Part shown: positions 44,915-54,674 of the stretch, one piece after another
Position numbering within the stretch: the first letter of the stretch is position 1
Layout: each line of letters begins with the position of its first letter
From: Candidatus Omnitrophota bacterium
Lineage (GTDB): Bacteria > Omnitrophota > Gorgyraeia > Zapsychrales > Zapsychraceae
Length of the DNA stretch: 64,000 bases
Assembly (NCBI GenBank): GCA_020429915.1
Contig: JAGQKV010000018.1
Span: forward strand, 133,770 to 197,769
Reading direction: 5' to 3'
The notes under the pieces: model-generated
Databases searched by the model: none
The model's input: the letters and a program-made list of their open reading frames with translations, nothing else
Told to the model about the DNA's origin: nothing
Translations under genes and position numbers: made by a program

Positions 44915-47512
44915 CTACTCCTTATCCTTGGCGGGCCGGACGAACACCGACACCATGTTGTCGAAATCCAGATATTGACGGGCCATGGCCTGCACATCTT
45001 CCTGGGTAACCGCATCCACGAATTCGTCGTACCGGGTGTGGTAGTCATAACCGAGACCATAAAGCTCGTTCAGATTACTGCGCGAATTCTGCTGGGATAC
45101 GGTTTGCAGGCTGGAGGCATTGTCTCCCTTCAGATAGTGCTTGATGTCTTCAAGTTCGCCTTCCGGGACCACTTCATCCTTCATCCGTTGCAACTCCTCG
45201 CGGACCAGCTTTTCCACGTCTTCGAGACTTTCCGCGTCCGTTATCACATAAAAATAGATGTACCCGGCATCCATCGTGGCCGAGACGTTTCCGCCCAGGG
45301 TATAGGCCTTTCCGTACACATTCCTGACCTTGGTAAAGAGACGGCCGCTGAACGACGATCCGAGGATAGAGGTCATCACATCGATTTTATAGTAATCGGG
45401 ATGCATGAAACCGACCGCTCGGAAACCGAACTGAACGATAGCCTGCTCCTTTTCCAAGTTCAGGTTGATCCGCTTTTCACCGGCCGGAGGGGCCAGCTCG
45501 GTCATCGCGGGCATATACTCGCCGCCTTCCATCTTGCCGAAGTCTTTCCGGATCTTTTCCGTCACGGCCTCGGCATCGATATCACCGAACACGCTGATGA
45601 CCATGTCGCGCGGGGTCAGGATCTTGCGGTAGAAGGCTGTGACATCGTCGCGGGTGATCCGCGGCAGGGACTCGGGAGTACCGGCGCCATCGAGACGGAT
45701 CGGATTTCGAGAAAATAAATTCTGTTTCAAATGAAAGTTCGATAACCGGAATATCTCCTTATCCCGCTGCTTGAGATGCACCAGCAGATTCTGCCGCTGC
45801 AGATCAATTTCCTTTTGCGGGAAAGTGGGATTGAAAGTCACGTCGCGCAACAAGTCGAGACACAGATCCCAGTCGCGGCTCAGGCAGTCGACATAGACTC
45901 CGTTACTGGTCCGCCCGGAGCTGCCGCTCAGGCTGATTCCGCGAGAATCTTTCAGTTCCGCCAGGGCCTGCGCGGAACGGGATTTTGTCTCCTTGGCCCA
46001 CGCCGTGGCCATGATATTGGACAGACCGGAAAGTTCTTCCGGCTCTTCATTCACGCCGCCGCGAATATTCATCCGGACCGTCACGACCTCAAACTGCGGA
46101 TTCTCCAGCGTGAGCAAGGTGATACCGTTGGGCAACACTTCCCGATGGATTTGCTGCAATACGGCATCGGATTGGGTGGCGGATTTCTCCGGCCGGCTGG
46201 AATTGGGCCGCAGGATGCAAATGGATTCGGTTTGCGGCTTGAGGTATTCATTAGCCACCCGCTTGATATCGGCGGTGGTGACATCCTCAATACCCTTGAC
46301 ATAATTCGCCGTGAAGGCCGGATCTCCCGTGAAGGCCTCGTCGTAGGCCATGAACCAAGCGACCCGTTGCGTGGTCTGGTTGCCGAAAATGAAATCGCTG
46401 AGCACCTGGGTCTGGGCCTTCGCCAATTCGTCCGCGGTAATTCCCTTGGCCTTGATGCGCGCGATGTGGTCGCGAATCCCTTCTATGACCTCTTCCACGT
46501 TGTCTTCGTCTTCCAATGTGGCGGTAATATCGAAGACCCCCTTGTCCACCGGGGTATAGTTGCCGGCGCTGATCCATGAGACCAGGGTCCGATCCTTGAA
46601 CAGATCTTTGTACAACCGTGAACTTTCACCTTCACCAAGCACTTGGGCCAAGACGTCCAGCGCGTATACATCGTGGTTCAGCATGCGTACCGACGGGTAC
46701 GCGACGGTCAAACGGGTGACGTCCGTCTCGAAGTACTCCTCAACACGCCGGGGCGCGACCTGGTCGGGTTCCTGCGGCAGATTGCGGACCAAATACGGTT
46801 TACGCGGATAATCTTTCAGCTTCTCTTCTATCATCGGCATGATTTCTTCAGCCTTGACGTTTCCGGCAATCGCCAGGACCATATTGTTAATGAAGTAGCG
46901 GGACTTGTAATATTCCCACATCTCATCGCGGGAAATCTGCGCCAGCAGGTCTTTGTAACCGATGATCGGATGATAATACGGATGAACGGTAAACATGGTC
47001 TCATAAACCATGCGGGTGAGTCTGCGTTGGGGCCGGTCATTGATCAGCCTCATTTCATTGAAGACGACTTCACGTTCCTTGGCCACTTCCTCCGGATCAA
47101 GAACAGAGTTCAGGACCATATCCGTAACCACATCAAGACCGGTCTCGAACTCCGTATAGGGAACATTGATCGTATAGATCGTAAAGTCCATGCTGGTCGA
47201 GGCGTTGAGACTGCCGCCCACGGCCTGGATTTCCGCGGGAATCTGCCCGACGCCGCGCTTCTCCGTCCCCTTAAAAAGCATATGCTCCAGGAAATGCGAT
47301 AACCCGGTGCCCAGAAACTTATCTTCGGTAGCCGAACCCGCCTTGACCAGCACATAGACCGAGACCATGGGATTGTTCGGCATCTCCTGGATGACGACGG
47401 TCAAGCCGTTGCTTTTCAGGACGCGTTTGGTAATGTGGGGCTCATAGGCATCGCCGACGCGGGGAACACATAACAGGATCAGCACAGCGGCGGCGGAAAG
47501 AAATTTCTTCAT
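44915..47512 (-). CDS. Secreted tandem M16 (pitrilysin/insulinase) family zinc peptidase
   Basis: 865 aa; signal peptide MKKFLSAAAVLILLCVPRVGDA; inverted zincin motif HFLEH...E in the first M16 unit; a second, inactive-looking M16 unit follows in the same polypeptide. Confidence 0.85.
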   Translation of the reverse strand: MKKFLSAAAVLILLCVPRVGDAYEPHITKRVLKSNGLTVVIQEMPNNPMVSVYVLVKAGSATEDKFLGTGLSHFLEHMLFKGTEKRGVGQIPAEIQAVGGSLNASTSMDFTIYTINVPYTEFETGLDVVTDMVLNSVLDPEEVAKEREVVFNEMRLINDRPQRRLTRMVYETMFTVHPYYHPIIGYKDLLAQISRDEMWEYYKSRYFINNMVLAIAGNVKAEEIMPMIEEKLKDYPRKPYLVRNLPQEPDQVAPRRVEEYFETDVTRLTVAYPSVRMLNHDVYALDVLAQVLGEGESSRLYKDLFKDRTLVSWISAGNYTPVDKGVFDITATLEDEDNVEEVIEGIRDHIARIKAKGITADELAKAQTQVLSDFIFGNQTTQRVAWFMAYDEAFTGDPAFTANYVKGIEDVTTADIKRVANEYLKPQTESICILRPNSSRPEKSATQSDAVLQQIHREVLPNGITLLTLENPQFEVVTVRMNIRGGVNEEPEELSGLSNIMATAWAKETKSRSAQALAELKDSRGISLSGSSGRTSNGVYVDCLSRDWDLCLDLLRDVTFNPTFPQKEIDLQRQNLLVHLKQRDKEIFRLSNFHLKQNLFSRNPIRLDGAGTPESLPRITRDDVTAFYRKILTPRDMVISVFGDIDAEAVTEKIRKDFGKMEGGEYMPAMTELAPPAGEKRINLNLEKEQAIVQFGFRAVGFMHPDYYKIDVMTSILGSSFSGRLFTKVRNVYGKAYTLGGNVSATMDAGYIYFYVITDAESLEDVEKLVREELQRMKDEVVPEGELEDIKHYLKGDNASSLQTVSQQNSRSNLNELYGLGYDYHTRYDEFVDAVTQEDVQAMARQYLDFDNMVSVFVRPAKDKE

Positions 47513-47527
47513 GAAGGATTCCTTTGT

Positions 47528-48061
47528 TTAGGGATGGTCATCTTTGAAGCGCTCCAGCAGTTTGCGGATGTCGATGTCGGCATTGCGCGCAACCTGCGTG
47601 CAGGTAAAAATAAGGACGGAAAAAGGCCAATACTCTTCCGATCCCTTGATCAGGCCGGTCGATACATTTTCCTGCCGGCTGAGTTCATTCTGAAAATGCT
47701 TGGCGGCTTTGCTTAAATCGCCTTCGAAAACGGATATCGACTGGGTACGGTTGTCGTAACGGAATGACGGGATGCTGACCCCGCGAATCAGCAGAAAATT
47801 GACCATGGCATTCTGATTGAAGGCGTTCAGCTGATCGAATTCAAAACCCTCGAACTGGGGATTATTGGGCGGCAGGATGAGCGACGGTTTGTCGACCTTG
47901 ACTTCTCCGGTGCGAACGACGGTATCACCGACATTAATGGACGATTCAGCCAGCAGCACATACGGCACGGAAGTCGCTGTGGCCGTCGGCAATGCAGCCA
48001 CGCGGGCACGGATGATCTCGGTCTCTTTGAGAGCGGCATTCCAGGCTTTTTCCAGATCCAT
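47528..48061 (-). CDS. Hypothetical protein (~177 aa), first gene of the M16 / ATPase / DUF58 string
   Basis: ATG at 48059-48061 (MDLEKAW...) with AAAGGA upstream. No TM and no family recognised. A 15 nt gap separates it from the M16 gene. Confidence 0.45.
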   Translation of the reverse strand: MDLEKAWNAALKETEIIRARVAALPTATATSVPYVLLAESSINVGDTVVRTGEVKVDKPSLILPPNNPQFEGFEFDQLNAFNQNAMVNFLLIRGVSIPSFRYDNRTQSISVFEGDLSKAAKHFQNELSRQENVSTGLIKGSEEYWPFSVLIFTCTQVARNADIDIRKLLERFKDDHP

Positions 48062-48239
48062 ATCTTCAAATCCTTTCACCGCAAGCGGATATATTAATAT
48101 ACACGATTGGGCGGTAGTTGCAAGAATATTCCGCTACGGGGGGGAGAATATCGTTGCATTGCAGGTGCTTGTGTGATATTCTTGATTTCTTCATCGATAG
48201 CGGACTGGCTGTCCGGTCCCCATTCAAAGCTACATATCA

Positions 48240-48328
48240 GGAGAGATGGCCGAGCGGTTGAAGGCGCACGCTTGGAAAGCGTGTGGTCATTGAAAAATGG
48301 CTCCAGGGTTCGAATCCCTGTCTCTCCG
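48240..48328 (+). tRNA. tRNA-Ser (anticodon GGA), type II
   Basis: GGAGAGAtgGCCGAGCGGTTGAAGGCgcACGCTTGGAAAGCGTgtGGTCATTGAAAAATGGCTCCAGGGTTCGAATCCCTGTCTCTCCg; acceptor stem GGAGAGA/TCTCTCC; anticodon loop TTGGAAA; long extra arm. Confidence 0.85.
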
Positions 48329-48538
48329 TTCACCTTCGCTTGGACCAAAGGATTGAATCTATTTTTCACTCCTTTGGTCCAGCTTCACAGGAATTGATAC
48401 TGATCCTGCGAAGCGCCAATCCGACGTTCAAGCCATGAAGCATGGCTCTCTCCTTTCGATATAAAAACACTCTCTTCCTTGTAAAAATACGTGTGCCGGG
48501 TTCAATGTGGAATTGACCGGCGATGTCCAGGATTTCGG

Positions 48539-50044
48539 CTAAGGGTTATAGGCGGGCGAAACGGGGGCGTTGGTGCTCAAGGCCGTCCGTGCGGTATTTT
48601 CACCTGTAATAATGGTCGGGGTGAGAAATATGGCGATCTCATTCTGCGTTTCTTCGGTTTCTTCACTGCCGAACGTTCGGCCGATGACCGGGATATCACC
48701 CAAATACGGGATCTGTTTTTTGGTGTGAATAGTATCTTCTTTGATAAGTCCGCCGATGACAATCGTGACTCCGTCTTTAACCGTAACGGTAGTCTCGGCC
48801 TCCGTCGTCTCTACGACCGGAATGACATTGTTATTGCTCGTTATGAGCGACCGGGTTACAGAACTCACTTCCGGTTTGATCTGCAGAGTCACATAGTCAT
48901 CTTTATGGATCGTCGGCGTCACCAACAATTTCACGCCGACTTCGATAAACTCTACCGACTCCGATGAAGTCGTCGGTCCGGCCGAGGGCGTGGTCGTTGT
49001 GGTGGTCACGTACGGTTCGGTTGAACCCACTAAAATTTTGGCCTCCCGGTTATTAAGAGCTACGATGCTCGGGCTGGACAGAATTCGGGTATCACCGATC
49101 GTTTCCAGGGCCTCGACGGTTGCCTCGTATTCGTCACTGGAGAGCGTACCGATGCGCAGCCGGCCGCTCTTATCGTTGCTTTTGATCACGTCAAAATCGC
49201 CACTGACGGTAAGATCATGTAAATCCTGCACCAAGCCTGTCCAATCCACACCGAGTTTGAATTCATCTCCCAGATTGACCTGCACGATCTTGGCCTCGAC
49301 CAGGACCTCCCGGTCCTTTTTATCGAAGGCGGCAATAATACGCCCGGCTTCGGCGATTTTGGCCGGCATGTCGGAAACAACCAGGGTATTTGATCTCGTA
49401 TCCTTGCGGATGGTTCCAAACTCTGGAGTCAGCACCTGACTTATTTCGCTGAGAATTTTGTCGGCATCGGCATAAGCGAGCTCGAAAACTTCGGTGGCAG
49501 GCGGCTTATCAACCCCCCTGATAATCTCCTCCATTGATGCCACCGCGTCAGGGGTGTCCATTAAAATAAGACTGCGGGAACTTTCGGACGGCATGATCTT
49601 GCCTGATTCGGTTTTGACCTTCTCCAGGATCTTAACCAACTCGTCCAGGTTCATAAACTCGACCGACCGAACCTTTAATACGGTTTCGGGTCCGTACGGG
49701 TAGCCGAACTTATTGGCAAACTCCTGTTTGGTCATAACCTTAACGACGTCTTCCTCCGTGGCGTATGCCCACCCGTTGGTGTCGACAATCATGCTTAAGG
49801 CCTGCATGGCGTCGACGTCTGTGAGATAAATATTCACTTCGCCTTGCACTTCCCTGCTGGCAATAATATTGCGGCCGCTTTTCTTGGAGAGTAATTTCAG
49901 GACGTCGTGGACGCCCAAACTGCGGATGTCGAGAATTTCGATATGGCTTGGAGAAACAGGTTGACCGGATGCAGGTGCGCCCCAGACGGATCCGGCACCA
50001 CATAAACCGTTCACAATGGCAATCGTCGCAAGAAATTTCTTCAT
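48539..50044 (-). CDS. Secretin (GspD/PilQ family outer-membrane channel)
   Basis: ~500 aa with a signal peptide, N-domains and the C-terminal secretin domain (VLVEAKIVQVNLGDEFKLGVDW...; TRILSSPSIVALNNREAKILVGSTEPY...; IPYLGDIPVIGRTF). There is a Thr-rich linker. Confidence 0.85.
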   Translation of the reverse strand: MKKFLATIAIVNGLCGAGSVWGAPASGQPVSPSHIEILDIRSLGVHDVLKLLSKKSGRNIIASREVQGEVNIYLTDVDAMQALSMIVDTNGWAYATEEDVVKVMTKQEFANKFGYPYGPETVLKVRSVEFMNLDELVKILEKVKTESGKIMPSESSRSLILMDTPDAVASMEEIIRGVDKPPATEVFELAYADADKILSEISQVLTPEFGTIRKDTRSNTLVVSDMPAKIAEAGRIIAAFDKKDREVLVEAKIVQVNLGDEFKLGVDWTGLVQDLHDLTVSGDFDVIKSNDKSGRLRIGTLSSDEYEATVEALETIGDTRILSSPSIVALNNREAKILVGSTEPYVTTTTTTPSAGPTTSSESVEFIEVGVKLLVTPTIHKDDYVTLQIKPEVSSVTRSLITSNNNVIPVVETTEAETTVTVKDGVTIVIGGLIKEDTIHTKKQIPYLGDIPVIGRTFGSEETEETQNEIAIFLTPTIITGENTARTALSTNAPVSPAYNP

Positions 50045-50049
50045 GAAAA

Positions 50050-50694
50050 TCACCGGGTCAGTTCCGTGATCCGTCCGCCGCTTTCGAAAATGACCTTCTC
50101 CGGACGTATTTCCTTCACCATGATCCCGTCAATATGTTCACCCACGTGGACCGTGTATGTTTGTTTGCTGCGCCGGTCTTCCAGCACAGCGTTGGAATCA
50201 GCACCGATCATCAGACCGAGAATCCGGAAACGGTCATGGACTACGACAGGCGGTTGCGTGACACGCACGGGTGGAGTCGAAAGCCGTAATGGGAAATCCG
50301 GCACTACTTGCTCCGGCAATACAGATTCATAAGCCGGCACGCGGCTGTTTTCTTTCCGGGCCGGGGCCTCGACTGTTCGGGTGACCTTCGGTACCGGCAT
50401 GACCGCCGCCATTTCCGGCACAGGATTCGCTTCCTCCGTAGGCGCCGGAGGAGATCTGTAGGCAGATTTTTGCATATTGTAAACCAGCGTCGGCCCCGCA
50501 GCCAATGCAATGCCGAGCAATACCAGCATCATCCATGCCACAGGCCAGGATTTCTGAACCGCCGCTGCGGATTTGACCGTGAATTCCTTCACGGTTACCG
50601 GTTCTGCCACACTGCCGTGCGCATCCAAGTAGGAACGATCGCTGTTGCGGATCAGATTTAACAAGCGCTCTTCAGAAGTTTCGGCTGATAGCAT
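50050..50694 (-). CDS. GspB/ExeB-like (or GspC-like) bitopic secretion-system protein
   Basis: 214 aa: a cytoplasmic N-terminus, one TM (WMMLVLLGIALAAGPTLVY), a Pro-rich linker and a C-terminal beta domain (RILGLMIGADSNAVLEDRRSKQTYTVHVGEHIDGIMVKEIRPEKVIFESGGRITEL). It overlaps the ExeA-like gene. Confidence 0.55.
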   Translation of the reverse strand: MLSAETSEERLLNLIRNSDRSYLDAHGSVAEPVTVKEFTVKSAAAVQKSWPVAWMMLVLLGIALAAGPTLVYNMQKSAYRSPPAPTEEANPVPEMAAVMPVPKVTRTVEAPARKENSRVPAYESVLPEQVVPDFPLRLSTPPVRVTQPPVVVHDRFRILGLMIGADSNAVLEDRRSKQTYTVHVGEHIDGIMVKEIRPEKVIFESGGRITELTR

Positions 50695-51538
50695 GCTGTC
50701 CCCAAATTTTATCCTGATCGATGATCCTGTTAATCAATGTACTGGAGACGCCTTCACACCGGTTTGTCAGGACATACTCCATCACCCGGTGACACACACG
50801 GGCGATCTGCCGCGGGTAACCCTTGGTATGGCGATGAATGCGTCGCACAGCGGAGCGGTCAAACAGTTCGTGAGATGCCTGATAGCCGGCCTGCTTCAAG
50901 CGAAAGTGAATAAGCGCGCCTGTTTCGAATTCATTCAAAGGTTCGAGCAGGCAGGTGTCAACGATCCGGTCGACAAAATTCGGCATCTTGCGGACGACCG
51001 GCAGGATCTCCAATTGCGAAAGAATGACCACTTGCAACATCTTGTACTCGTTAGTCTCATAATTCAGCAGTACCCGCAGGATTTCCAACTGGCCGGCCGT
51101 GAGCTTCTGTCCTTCATCAATAATTAATATGACCGTCTTTTGTTCGTCGACAGCCTTGCGGTAAAGATAGTGAACGATTGCTTCTTTGGCTTCCTGCAGA
51201 CTGGCAAACGGGACCGACATGTTGAACAGCCGCGCCAAATAGGCGATGAATTCGCCATCGTCGGCAAATTGCGGATCAAGAATCACATGAAATATGTAAT
51301 CCCGTTCCCGGTGAAAAGAGGTCACCAGCGAACGCCACAATGTGGTTTTGCCGGTCCCGATATCTCCCAGGAGCAAGGTCAGCCCCCGCCTCAGGCGAAT
51401 GTTGATTTCCAGACGGATCTTGGCACTTAGATGGCCCGGGGAATGATAAAAAAAAGCGGGATCCGGACTTGTGGAAAACGGTTCCTTGGTCAGTTCGAGT
51501 GGGGTATAAATGTTCATTTGGGCAATGATTCCGGTCAA
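50672..51538 (-). CDS. ExeA/GspA-like AAA ATPase
   Basis: TTG start at 51538 (the ATG alternative at 51517 gives MNIYTPLEL...). N-terminal LTKEPFSTSPDP...FYHS is characteristic of ExeA; Walker A GDIGTGKTTL; Walker B VILIIDEGQ. There is no periplasmic peptidoglycan-binding extension. Confidence 0.7.
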   Translation of the reverse strand: MTGIIAQMNIYTPLELTKEPFSTSPDPAFFYHSPGHLSAKIRLEINIRLRRGLTLLLGDIGTGKTTLWRSLVTSFHRERDYIFHVILDPQFADDGEFIAYLARLFNMSVPFASLQEAKEAIVHYLYRKAVDEQKTVILIIDEGQKLTAGQLEILRVLLNYETNEYKMLQVVILSQLEILPVVRKMPNFVDRIVDTCLLEPLNEFETGALIHFRLKQAGYQASHELFDRSAVRRIHRHTKGYPRQIARVCHRVMEYVLTNRCEGVSSTLINRIIDQDKIWGQHAISRNF

Positions 51539-51627
51539 TACCGACTTGTTATTTTATTTTTATATAGCGACCGGACAGTGTCAAGACAATACCGCAATAT
51601 CTGCGATCTATCTCGGTCGAAATTTGA

Positions 51628-52089
51628 TCACAAACGAAGTTCCACCGTGCGCTGACCGTCACTGAGAAGCACCCGCTCGGGTGAGATCTCGGTAACGGCA
51701 AATCCTTCGACCTGTCCGTTGAGAACAACCTCTTCTCCGTTGATGACCGCCACAGCATTGTCCGGATTAACCATTACCGCGTTTAAGCGGAGTTCGGGCA
51801 AGGGCTTCGGCTGCGGCTCCGGAACGGGACGTCGCCGCACGACCACATCCACCGGCTGCCGAAAGGGATCTCGCCCCCATCCTCCGGACGAGTCGAGTTG
51901 CGGAGCACTGCCTTGAAGCTGTTGATAGCGGGCCATAAGATCCCGCACTCCGGTATGCTGCGCAGAAGCCTTCTTCTTGCGATCCGTACGACCGGGGGCC
52001 GTACCTGTAGAAAAATTTTGAGACCATACGTATACCGCGACAAGTATCAATACGGGAAAAATAGCCTTTAAAAGAGTCTGTCTATTCAT
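51628..52089 (-). CDS. PilP/GspC-like pilot/assembly lipoprotein-type protein
   Basis: 153 aa: N-terminal TM/signal, a Pro-rich spacer and a C-terminal beta-domain (LRLNAVMVNPDNAVAVINGEEVVLNGQVEGFAVTEISPERVLLSDGQRTVELRL), the classic PilP fold pattern. Confidence 0.55.
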   Translation of the reverse strand: MNRQTLLKAIFPVLILVAVYVWSQNFSTGTAPGRTDRKKKASAQHTGVRDLMARYQQLQGSAPQLDSSGGWGRDPFRQPVDVVVRRRPVPEPQPKPLPELRLNAVMVNPDNAVAVINGEEVVLNGQVEGFAVTEISPERVLLSDGQRTVELRL

Positions 52090-52603
52090 TCGTTTCTGTC
52101 TCTGTATAAATATGCAGAGTCACACGCGCGTTGATGGAGTTTCGTTCTTGCGGTGTCGCCGACATGCGAATTTCCTCCACGCTGATGAGGGCGCGCGGAT
52201 ACGTTTGAATCGCACCCAGGAATTCACCGGCGGCCGGAAAATCGGCGGTAAACGTCAGGACGACCGGTTTTCGTGCGTATCCCTGCGCGCGCAACGCTCC
52301 TTGGAAATCCACCGCCGACAACGCAATTTCGTTACGGACAGCCATTGCCGAGAGATCATCGACAACGGAGGATAAGGCCGAAGCCGGCAGCAGGGCGGCG
52401 ATGTGCTCCTTCAGTTTGCCATCGGCCGCGGCGGCCTTCAGGCCGGCGGTATCTGCCCGCAGCCCATGCGTTTTTTCCCGCAGTACCGTTGTCTCACGGA
52501 CGGCATTCGTCGCCATGGTCCCCAGCAACAGACAGCCGGCCATCCCGACAGCCAAGAGACCCGTCCACATGGTTTTGCCGGATGTGACGGGCGTTTGGTT
52601 CAT
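52082..52603 (-). CDS. PilO/GspM-like inner-membrane assembly protein
   Basis: 173 aa: one N-terminal TM, a coiled segment, then a ferredoxin-like C-domain; position and size are typical. Confidence 0.55.
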   Translation of the reverse strand: MNQTPVTSGKTMWTGLLAVGMAGCLLLGTMATNAVRETTVLREKTHGLRADTAGLKAAAADGKLKEHIAALLPASALSSVVDDLSAMAVRNEIALSAVDFQGALRAQGYARKPVVLTFTADFPAAGEFLGAIQTYPRALISVEEIRMSATPQERNSINARVTLHIYTETETNE

Positions 52604-54192
52604 CTTCGCGTTATCCTCCAGGGAATCTCGCAGGCGATCCGAAATTCCGTTCGTTTGTCCTCACCACGCAACCGGCGCACCTGCAAAAGCTGTGACTTGG
52701 AACAGGCCTCGCCTTCAAGCGCTGACATAAATCCTGACACTCCGGACTCACCGTCCGCTTCACCGACGACCGCCCCTTTTATGTACAGCATATTATCCTC
52801 AGTCCACATCTCGGAAAAATAAATATCCGCGGGAACGATACGGCTGATGACCTGCAGGGCCGTCCGCCAGTCCCGGCGATCCTGCGCGATCGACGCCAGC
52901 TCTACCGACATCCGCACTTCGTCGACACGCGGCTGCAGGGCGTCATATTGTCGGCGCGCCTCTTCCCACTGATTTTGTCCCCGTATGCGTTCACTCTGGG
53001 CCCAACCGTATGTCAGCGAAACGGCGGCCGCGACCGCCAGCAACACGGCATAACCGACCCGCGAAGGTCCCGGCGCGGCGGAAACGGTGGACTGTCGGCT
53101 CAGCCAATTGATCTCATCCGGCGGATGGCAAGCGGCTCCGGTCGCCTGATCAAAATCAAGGCCAAATCCGGAGTACTCGCTTGTCACGGCAGGCAGGACG
53201 GCCAGACTATTGGCCGCGACCGCTGTTGCGACGTTCAAATCCAACTGTTCCCCGAGATAATCGACTAATCCTTTGATGTGCGCTCCCGGCCCGGAGAGGA
53301 TAACGTGCCGGACCGGATACCCGGACTTTTGGGCATAAAAGTTGACCGAACGGCGGATCTCGTTGACCAGCTTTTCCAACTGCGGACGGATCAGCATATA
53401 GATCTGTTTGCCGGATATTTTTCCGTCCAGGATCTGGTCGCTATCGCGTTCGGCAATCCCGTACGCTCGCTTGAATGTTTCCGCTTCACTCAGTGAGAGC
53501 TCAATCTTGCCTTCCGGTGACACCAGGGCCTTGGTCATACTGATGGTGATATCCTTTCCGGCCAATGGTAAACGCCGGAACAATTCCAGTCCGCACTCCC
53601 GAAGAAATACCATACTGATCATATGGTCATCCATGTGCACAACCGCCACGTGTTCTGCTGCTGCCACAAGCTGATGTCGGAAGAGCTGAGTAACGGCAAG
53701 CGGTGCAGGGATGATCTTGGCCAACCGGATATTCCGGAGTTCTCGGTCAACGTTGACCAACCGGAAGGCTGAACGGATACGATCGATGGCGTCACGCGAC
53801 ACGGCCGCGGTCAGAAGGCTGAATTTCTCGCCTGTCCCTCCGCGTAGCGTCTCCGTTCGGAAATAATCGATCGCCGCCCGCTCCGATGGAAAGGTAAGGT
53901 TTTCACCGATCTCCCAACGGATCGCCTCCGCTAACTCCCGGCGCGGCATTTTTGGCGTCACGATCTTGCCGAGGTACATATCCGGCAAATTGACGGCGCA
54001 AATTACTTCCGCCCGTTTCGCGGTTATCGTGCGCAAAACCTGTCGCAGGCCTTTGGCGAGGCCCTCCGGACTAAAATCCGTCACCGGCGCTGTCGCGGCG
54101 TTCGTGATCACGCAACCGTTTTTGTCCCGCACCCCTTCCACTAACCGGAGGACATGCGGCGCGATACTCAGACCGATAACGTGTTTGGACAT
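52600..54192 (-). CDS. PilM-PilN fusion (actin-like ATPase-fold PilM N-domain, TM, PilN-like periplasmic domain; GspL-like architecture)
   Basis: Start MSKHVIGLSI at 54190-54192. The first ~350 aa have the PilM/FtsA-like pattern (VIGLSIAPHVLRLVEG...; HVILSGPGAHIKGLVDYLGEQL). A TM (VGYAVLLAVAAAVSLTYGW) and a PilN-like C-terminus follow. Confidence 0.7.
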   Translation of the reverse strand: MSKHVIGLSIAPHVLRLVEGVRDKNGCVITNAATAPVTDFSPEGLAKGLRQVLRTITAKRAEVICAVNLPDMYLGKIVTPKMPRRELAEAIRWEIGENLTFPSERAAIDYFRTETLRGGTGEKFSLLTAAVSRDAIDRIRSAFRLVNVDRELRNIRLAKIIPAPLAVTQLFRHQLVAAAEHVAVVHMDDHMISMVFLRECGLELFRRLPLAGKDITISMTKALVSPEGKIELSLSEAETFKRAYGIAERDSDQILDGKISGKQIYMLIRPQLEKLVNEIRRSVNFYAQKSGYPVRHVILSGPGAHIKGLVDYLGEQLDLNVATAVAANSLAVLPAVTSEYSGFGLDFDQATGAACHPPDEINWLSRQSTVSAAPGPSRVGYAVLLAVAAAVSLTYGWAQSERIRGQNQWEEARRQYDALQPRVDEVRMSVELASIAQDRRDWRTALQVISRIVPADIYFSEMWTEDNMLYIKGAVVGEADGESGVSGFMSALEGEACSKSQLLQVRRLRGEDKRTEFRIACEIPWRITRR

Positions 54193-54203
54193 GCAATCAC
54201 CTT

Positions 54204-54674
54204 TTATAATTCGCGCCACGTCGCGGGCACGGGATCCACTATATTGGGAGTTCCCAAGGTTAGCGTGACCACCTGCTGGACCGTTCTGTTTAACAGGCCG
54301 ACCTCACCGCGTGCGGTGATCACAACCTGACTGCCCGAACTCTCCACCCACAGAGTGTAAGTCCCGTCCGCGAGTGTTTCTTCCTGCGGATCGGTCACGC
54401 CCGGACCGGAGACCGCGGGATAAGCGGCGGTCCGCCATGATCCATCGGTGGATCCGTCGGGCGCGGCATGGATGAGGTACCACACCGCCCGGTTCACGCC
54501 GGCCTCGGCCAGGTACAGGGCCTGTTCAGAAGCATACCTGTCGCTGTTCCACCGCGTTTGCCAACGGACCATGACCAGGTACGTAGACAGAATCACTGTC
54601 AACCCTACGAGTATGATGACCGTGACCACCAACACGGCTCCTCGTTGCCGTCGGAGAGCGTCGCGCCTCATCAT
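54204..54674 (-). CDS. Minor pseudopilin, GspK/PilX-like (short)
   Basis: 156 aa; N-terminal QRGAVLVVTVIILVGLTVILS hydrophobic segment without the Glu5 typical of GspK-type pseudopilins; unusually short for GspK. Confidence 0.5.
   Translation of the reverse strand: MMRRDALRRQRGAVLVVTVIILVGLTVILSTYLVMVRWQTRWNSDRYASEQALYLAEAGVNRAVWYLIHAAPDGSTDGSWRTAAYPAVSGPGVTDPQEETLADGTYTLWVESSGSQVVITARGEVGLLNRTVQQVVTLTLGTPNIVDPVPATWREL

Noticed and set aside
39972-45718. Plus-strand ORFs 39972..41225 (417 aa), 41889..42665, 43696..44694 (332 aa) and 44882..45718
   Set aside because: All are antisense to the DUF58-fusion, CpaF-like ATPase and M16 peptidase genes, whose motifs (DUF58 signature, Walker boxes, HxxEH) establish the minus strand as coding.
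50672-51538. ExeA-like AAA ATPase considered as a MoxR partner for the DUF58 protein
   Set aside because: It has ExeA-type N-terminal and Walker motifs and sits within the secretin/ExeB neighbourhood 7 kb away on a different operon. It is not MoxR-like.
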